This document shows, piece after piece, positions 61,738 through 64,000 of a stretch of 64,000 bases of DNA (within the stretch, counting starts at the first letter, position 1; the number at the start of each line of letters is the position of its first letter). The notes beneath the pieces are model-generated. The model was not told the origin of the DNA, searched no databases, and saw only the letters and a program-made list of their open reading frames with translations. Source of the DNA: Minisyncoccota bacterium (GTDB taxonomy: Bacteria; Patescibacteriota; Minisyncoccia; Phycocordibacterales; JABAAK01); assembly GCA_963668425.1 (NCBI GenBank), contig OY764332.1, positions 460,336 to 524,335 on the forward strand, in the 5' to 3' direction. The position numbers were made by a program, and so were the translations under genes.

Positions 61738-61819
61738 TGCCGAAGGAGGGACTTGAACCCTCACTCCCGAAGGAACGCGATTTTGAGTCGCGCGCGTCTG
61801 CCAATTCCGCCACTTCGGC
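61738..61819 (-). tRNA. tRNA-Leu (anticodon CAA), long variable arm
   Basis: Reverse complement folds GCCGAAG...CTCAAAA anticodon loop...variable arm...TTCAAGT...CTTCGGC-A. Confidence 0.75.
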
Positions 61820-61907
61820 TCATTTTGATTGTACCATTTTCTGTACTTGGTGGTGTTGTAATGCAATTTCTGCTATACTATCTGTATTACAAAATAGAAT
61901 ATATAAT

Positions 61908-62159
61908 ATGAATGAAGATAAAAAAATAGAAGTTTATAGCTCACCAACGTGCCATTACTGTGTTGATTTGAAAAAGTTTTTAGATGAGAAGGGAGTGCAG
62001 TATACCGAGTATGATGTTACTACCGATGAAGAGAAGAGAAAGGAGTTGCTTGAGCGGAGTCAGCAGGTTGGGGTGCCGGTGATGTTTATCAATGACACTG
62101 AAATGATAGACGGTTTTGACAAAGAAAAAATAGTTGCCTCACTTGGGTTGAGTGATTAG
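61908..62159 (+). CDS. Glutaredoxin-like / NrdH-like thioredoxin-fold protein
   Basis: CHYC redox motif in an 83-aa protein. The ATG at 61908 is used; the upstream part of the track ORF overlaps the tRNA. Confidence 0.65.
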   Translation: MNEDKKIEVYSSPTCHYCVDLKKFLDEKGVQYTEYDVTTDEEKRKELLERSQQVGVPVMFINDTEMIDGFDKEKIVASLGLSD

Positions 62160-62227
62160 TAGGGTTTAGTTAGCAAAAATGCGGTAGGAGGTATCGTGTC
62201 GTTGTAGTGGTACTATGGATACGACTA

Positions 62228-62300
62228 CTCCCTGTAGTTTAACGGGATAGAACAGATCCCTCCTAAGGATCAGATCCAGGTTCAAGTCCTGGCAGGGAGG
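62228..62300 (+). tRNA. tRNA-Arg (anticodon CCU)
   Basis: Cloverleaf with anticodon loop CTCCTAA and T-loop TTCAAGT. Confidence 0.7.
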
Positions 62301-62445
62301 CATGATGCTCTGAATATGCTTTGTCTGTGAGGAGTGCTGTGCAATCTTGTTGACGGACGTGGGTGATGTGTGGTATGCTTGGAGCAGGAGGAAAATTTTC
62401 TGTTATTGCGTGTAAAGATTGAAAAATCTTAAGGAGGTTTTGTAA

Positions 62446-62564
62446 TGCGAATTATTATTTTCATTATTTTATTTTTTATTGTTGGTGCTGGCATCTATTT
62501 TGTCTTTAATTTTGATGCTGTTATTGGTGTCATCACGAACTTTATTTGTAATCTCGTTTGTTAG
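62446..62564 (+). CDS. 39-aa hydrophobic peptide (candidate small membrane protein)
   Basis: A perfect RBS AAGGAGG lies 7 nt upstream of the ATG. An intrinsic terminator follows immediately. Too short for the ORF track. Confidence 0.3.
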
Positions 62565-62590
62565 AAGTATAATTTCTGATTGTTTTGTTT

Positions 62591-62626
62591 ACGGACAGGT
62601 TGTTTGACCTGTCCGTATTTTTTTTA
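62591..62626. terminator. Rho-independent terminator
   Basis: ACGGACAGGT-tgtttg-ACCTGTCCGT followed by TTTTTTTT. Confidence 0.6.
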
Positions 62627-62647
62627 TGTTGTGTTATACTGCCGGTG

Positions 62648-63061
62648 ATGGAAAAAAAGAACACACCTCGTAAAGGTTTTTTGGAGAGAGGTCGTCGGGA
62701 GAAACAGTTAGATGAATTGTTGCGAATTACGAAAGACACGAATAAGATGTTGCGGGGTGAGCGGAATATGCGCAAGATTAAGATGCTGGTGTTGCTAGTG
62801 GTGATTTTTGCGGTTGCGGGTTATGGGTACTATCTTTTTGAGAAGCACAAGCTGAAAATTATTGAGTTTCAGCAAAAGGTTGAAGAGTTGCAACGTCACC
62901 TGCAAGAAGCAGGAGATCTTGCTGGAAAAGTAGGGGACACCGCGCACTCTATCCGTGGCATTTTTGAAGGACTTGAACCTGATGCAGACATTGTGGATGC
63001 TACGAAAGCAAACGTGGATACTGCAGAGGCAGTTGAGGATACTGTAGATTCAGTGGAGTGA
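62648..63061 (+). CDS. Hypothetical single-pass membrane protein with coiled-coil
   Basis: The ATG at about 62648 (MEKKN) is preferred. The track start at 62585 overlaps the terminator. Confidence 0.4.
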   Translation: MEKKNTPRKGFLERGRREKQLDELLRITKDTNKMLRGERNMRKIKMLVLLVVIFAVAGYGYYLFEKHKLKIIEFQQKVEELQRHLQEAGDLAGKVGDTAHSIRGIFEGLEPDADIVDATKANVDTAEAVEDTVDSVE

Positions 63062-63182
63062 TAAAGCACTGTTGCAGTAGCGTGCTGTTATGTGCGGATT
63101 TTAAGTCCTGTGCCAATAAAGTAGCTGTATGCTGTTACGAAAAACTGTATATGTATGGCATGTTGTGTATACTATTAGAGAT

Positions 63183-63256
63183 GCTGAGGTAGCTCAGTCG
63201 GCTAGAGCACTCGCCTGAAGAGCGAGGTGTCGTGGGTTCGAGTCCCACCCTCAGCA
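63183..63256 (+). tRNA. tRNA-Phe (anticodon GAA)
   Basis: GCTGAGGTAGCTCAGTCGG...anticodon loop CTGAAGA...TTCGAGTCC...CCTCAGC-A. Confidence 0.8.
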
Positions 63257-63417
63257 CTGTTGAGCAAAAACTATTTTGCACTTGCGAGATCACTTGTGTT
63301 TTCTGTGTATGTTGCTTGCTGTTTGTTGCTGTTATTTTTAATGGCGTGTGTACGAATGGTGTACAATCGTACTATATGCCTGATGATTCAAAAGTACACC
63401 GTTCTATAGAGGATGAG

Positions 63418-64000
63418 ATGGTGGATGGGATAAAAAATAGTATTGTAACGCCTGCTGAAACCTTTTTTTTCGCCCTGTTTGTGTTTGGTGTGTTGTCGTT
63501 GGCGGCGACAACTCTGGTCGGTACGTGTGGTAATGTGGATGATTTTGAAAAAGAGGTTTCAGAGCGCAGTTTGGAGCCGATTGTTGGTGCGACAGCGGTG
63601 CTGACACAGTCCGTTGTTTTTGATGATACCATTGCCGGGTCAGGGACTTGTGTGATTATTGAGCGGATTGATGAGGAAGAAGAGGAAGAGGGTGTATATG
63701 TTCACGTACTTGCAAAAGCACAACCATTTTTTACCGGTGACCCAGAAACATACAGGCCATTAGCGTCGTTTGAAAATTTCTTTAGAGCGCCGGTTTCCAC
63801 GATGCTCTTTCTCCACAAAGGAACACCAAAAGGCGAGGTGTCGCTACGGCAGATTTCTGTTGTGGAGACACAAACCTATACCAGCTGGTTTCGCAATTTT
63901 TATTTGAATACTATTTATATTGTTATGGCAGTGTTGGGTGTGCTGTTGGCATTTCTTGTGTACATTGGGGTAAAGTTTGAGAAAAAGCGTAAGGTGTGGT
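63418..64000 (+). CDS. Hypothetical membrane protein (3-prime partial, runs off window)
   Basis: Open frame from the ATG at 63418 to the window end. It has N- and C-terminal TM segments and an acidic EEEEEE stretch. Confidence 0.4.
   Translation, partial: MVDGIKNSIVTPAETFFFALFVFGVLSLAATTLVGTCGNVDDFEKEVSERSLEPIVGATAVLTQSVVFDDTIAGSGTCVIIERIDEEEEEEGVYVHVLAKAQPFFTGDPETYRPLASFENFFRAPVSTMLFLHKGTPKGEVSLRQISVVETQTYTSWFRNFYLNTIYIVMAVLGVLLAFLVYIGVKFEKKRKVW

Noticed and set aside
61611-61813. 68-aa N-terminal extension of the miaA ORF (repeating ADARDSKSRSFGSEGSSPSFGTM)
   Set aside because: The extension is translation through the tRNA-Leu gene and its duplicated fragment on the same strand. MiaA homology begins at the ATG at 61610.
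61695-61907. N-terminal 71 aa of ORF 61695..62159
   Set aside because: This region overlaps tRNA-Leu on the opposite strand. Glutaredoxin homology starts at MNEDKK (61908).

Overview
The window reads as a roughly 45% GC bacterial chromosome segment, dense with housekeeping genes. I infer a Candidate Phyla Radiation / Patescibacteria-like organism from four things: rplK is not followed by rplA, the 23S and 5S rRNA genes have no 16S within 19 kb upstream, there is a lamin-tail-domain surface protein, and many proteins are small. The housekeeping genes I can support are gatA (5-prime partial) and gatB, arfB, the livHMGF ABC transporter, mraY and an ftsW/rodA-family gene, adk and map, mltG, mnmA, ftsE and ftsX, clpB, rpmG, rsmI, ileS, recO, ndk, infC-rpmI-rplT, a second adk paralog, secE-nusG-rplK, lemA, htpX, miaA and a glutaredoxin-like gene. 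There are 23S and 5S rRNA genes and eight tRNAs. The ORF track counts GTG and TTG as start codons. My own coordinates for RNAs and motifs are good to about 2 nt.

The observations I rate highest, in order:
- ileS carries an in-frame insertion of a complete histidine-phosphatase (PGM-family) domain, with RHG, SPLxRxxxTA and the C-terminal catalytic His all present, inside the catalytic core.
- A 2.3-kb islet is bounded by a direct repeat of the 3-prime 45 nt of tRNA-Ile. It carries a secreted matrixin-like zinc protease and a convergent lipoprotein / secreted-protein pair. That pair has a paralogous copy 25 kb away next to tRNA-Gln.
- Four of the eight tRNAs (Glu, Ile, Trp, Leu) are followed by a partial duplicate of their own 3-prime end. 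The tRNA-Leu fragment, including an intact anticodon arm, abuts the miaA start codon.
- A roughly 290-bp intergenic repeat family with 15-bp terminal inverted repeats occurs three times. Two copies bracket adk-map and one follows the 5S rRNA.
- A 2015-aa surface protein has six perfectly identical 333-bp tandem Calx-beta-like repeats.
- A TraD/VirD4-like ATPase has three perfect 369-bp tandem repeats in a basic tail.
- Two divergent adk paralogs are present.
- An 80-bp promoter module is duplicated in front of two different genes, and its hexamers match the rRNA promoter.
- A lamin-tail-domain / PKD surface protein is frameshifted.

I found no CRISPR array, no transposase and no integrase.
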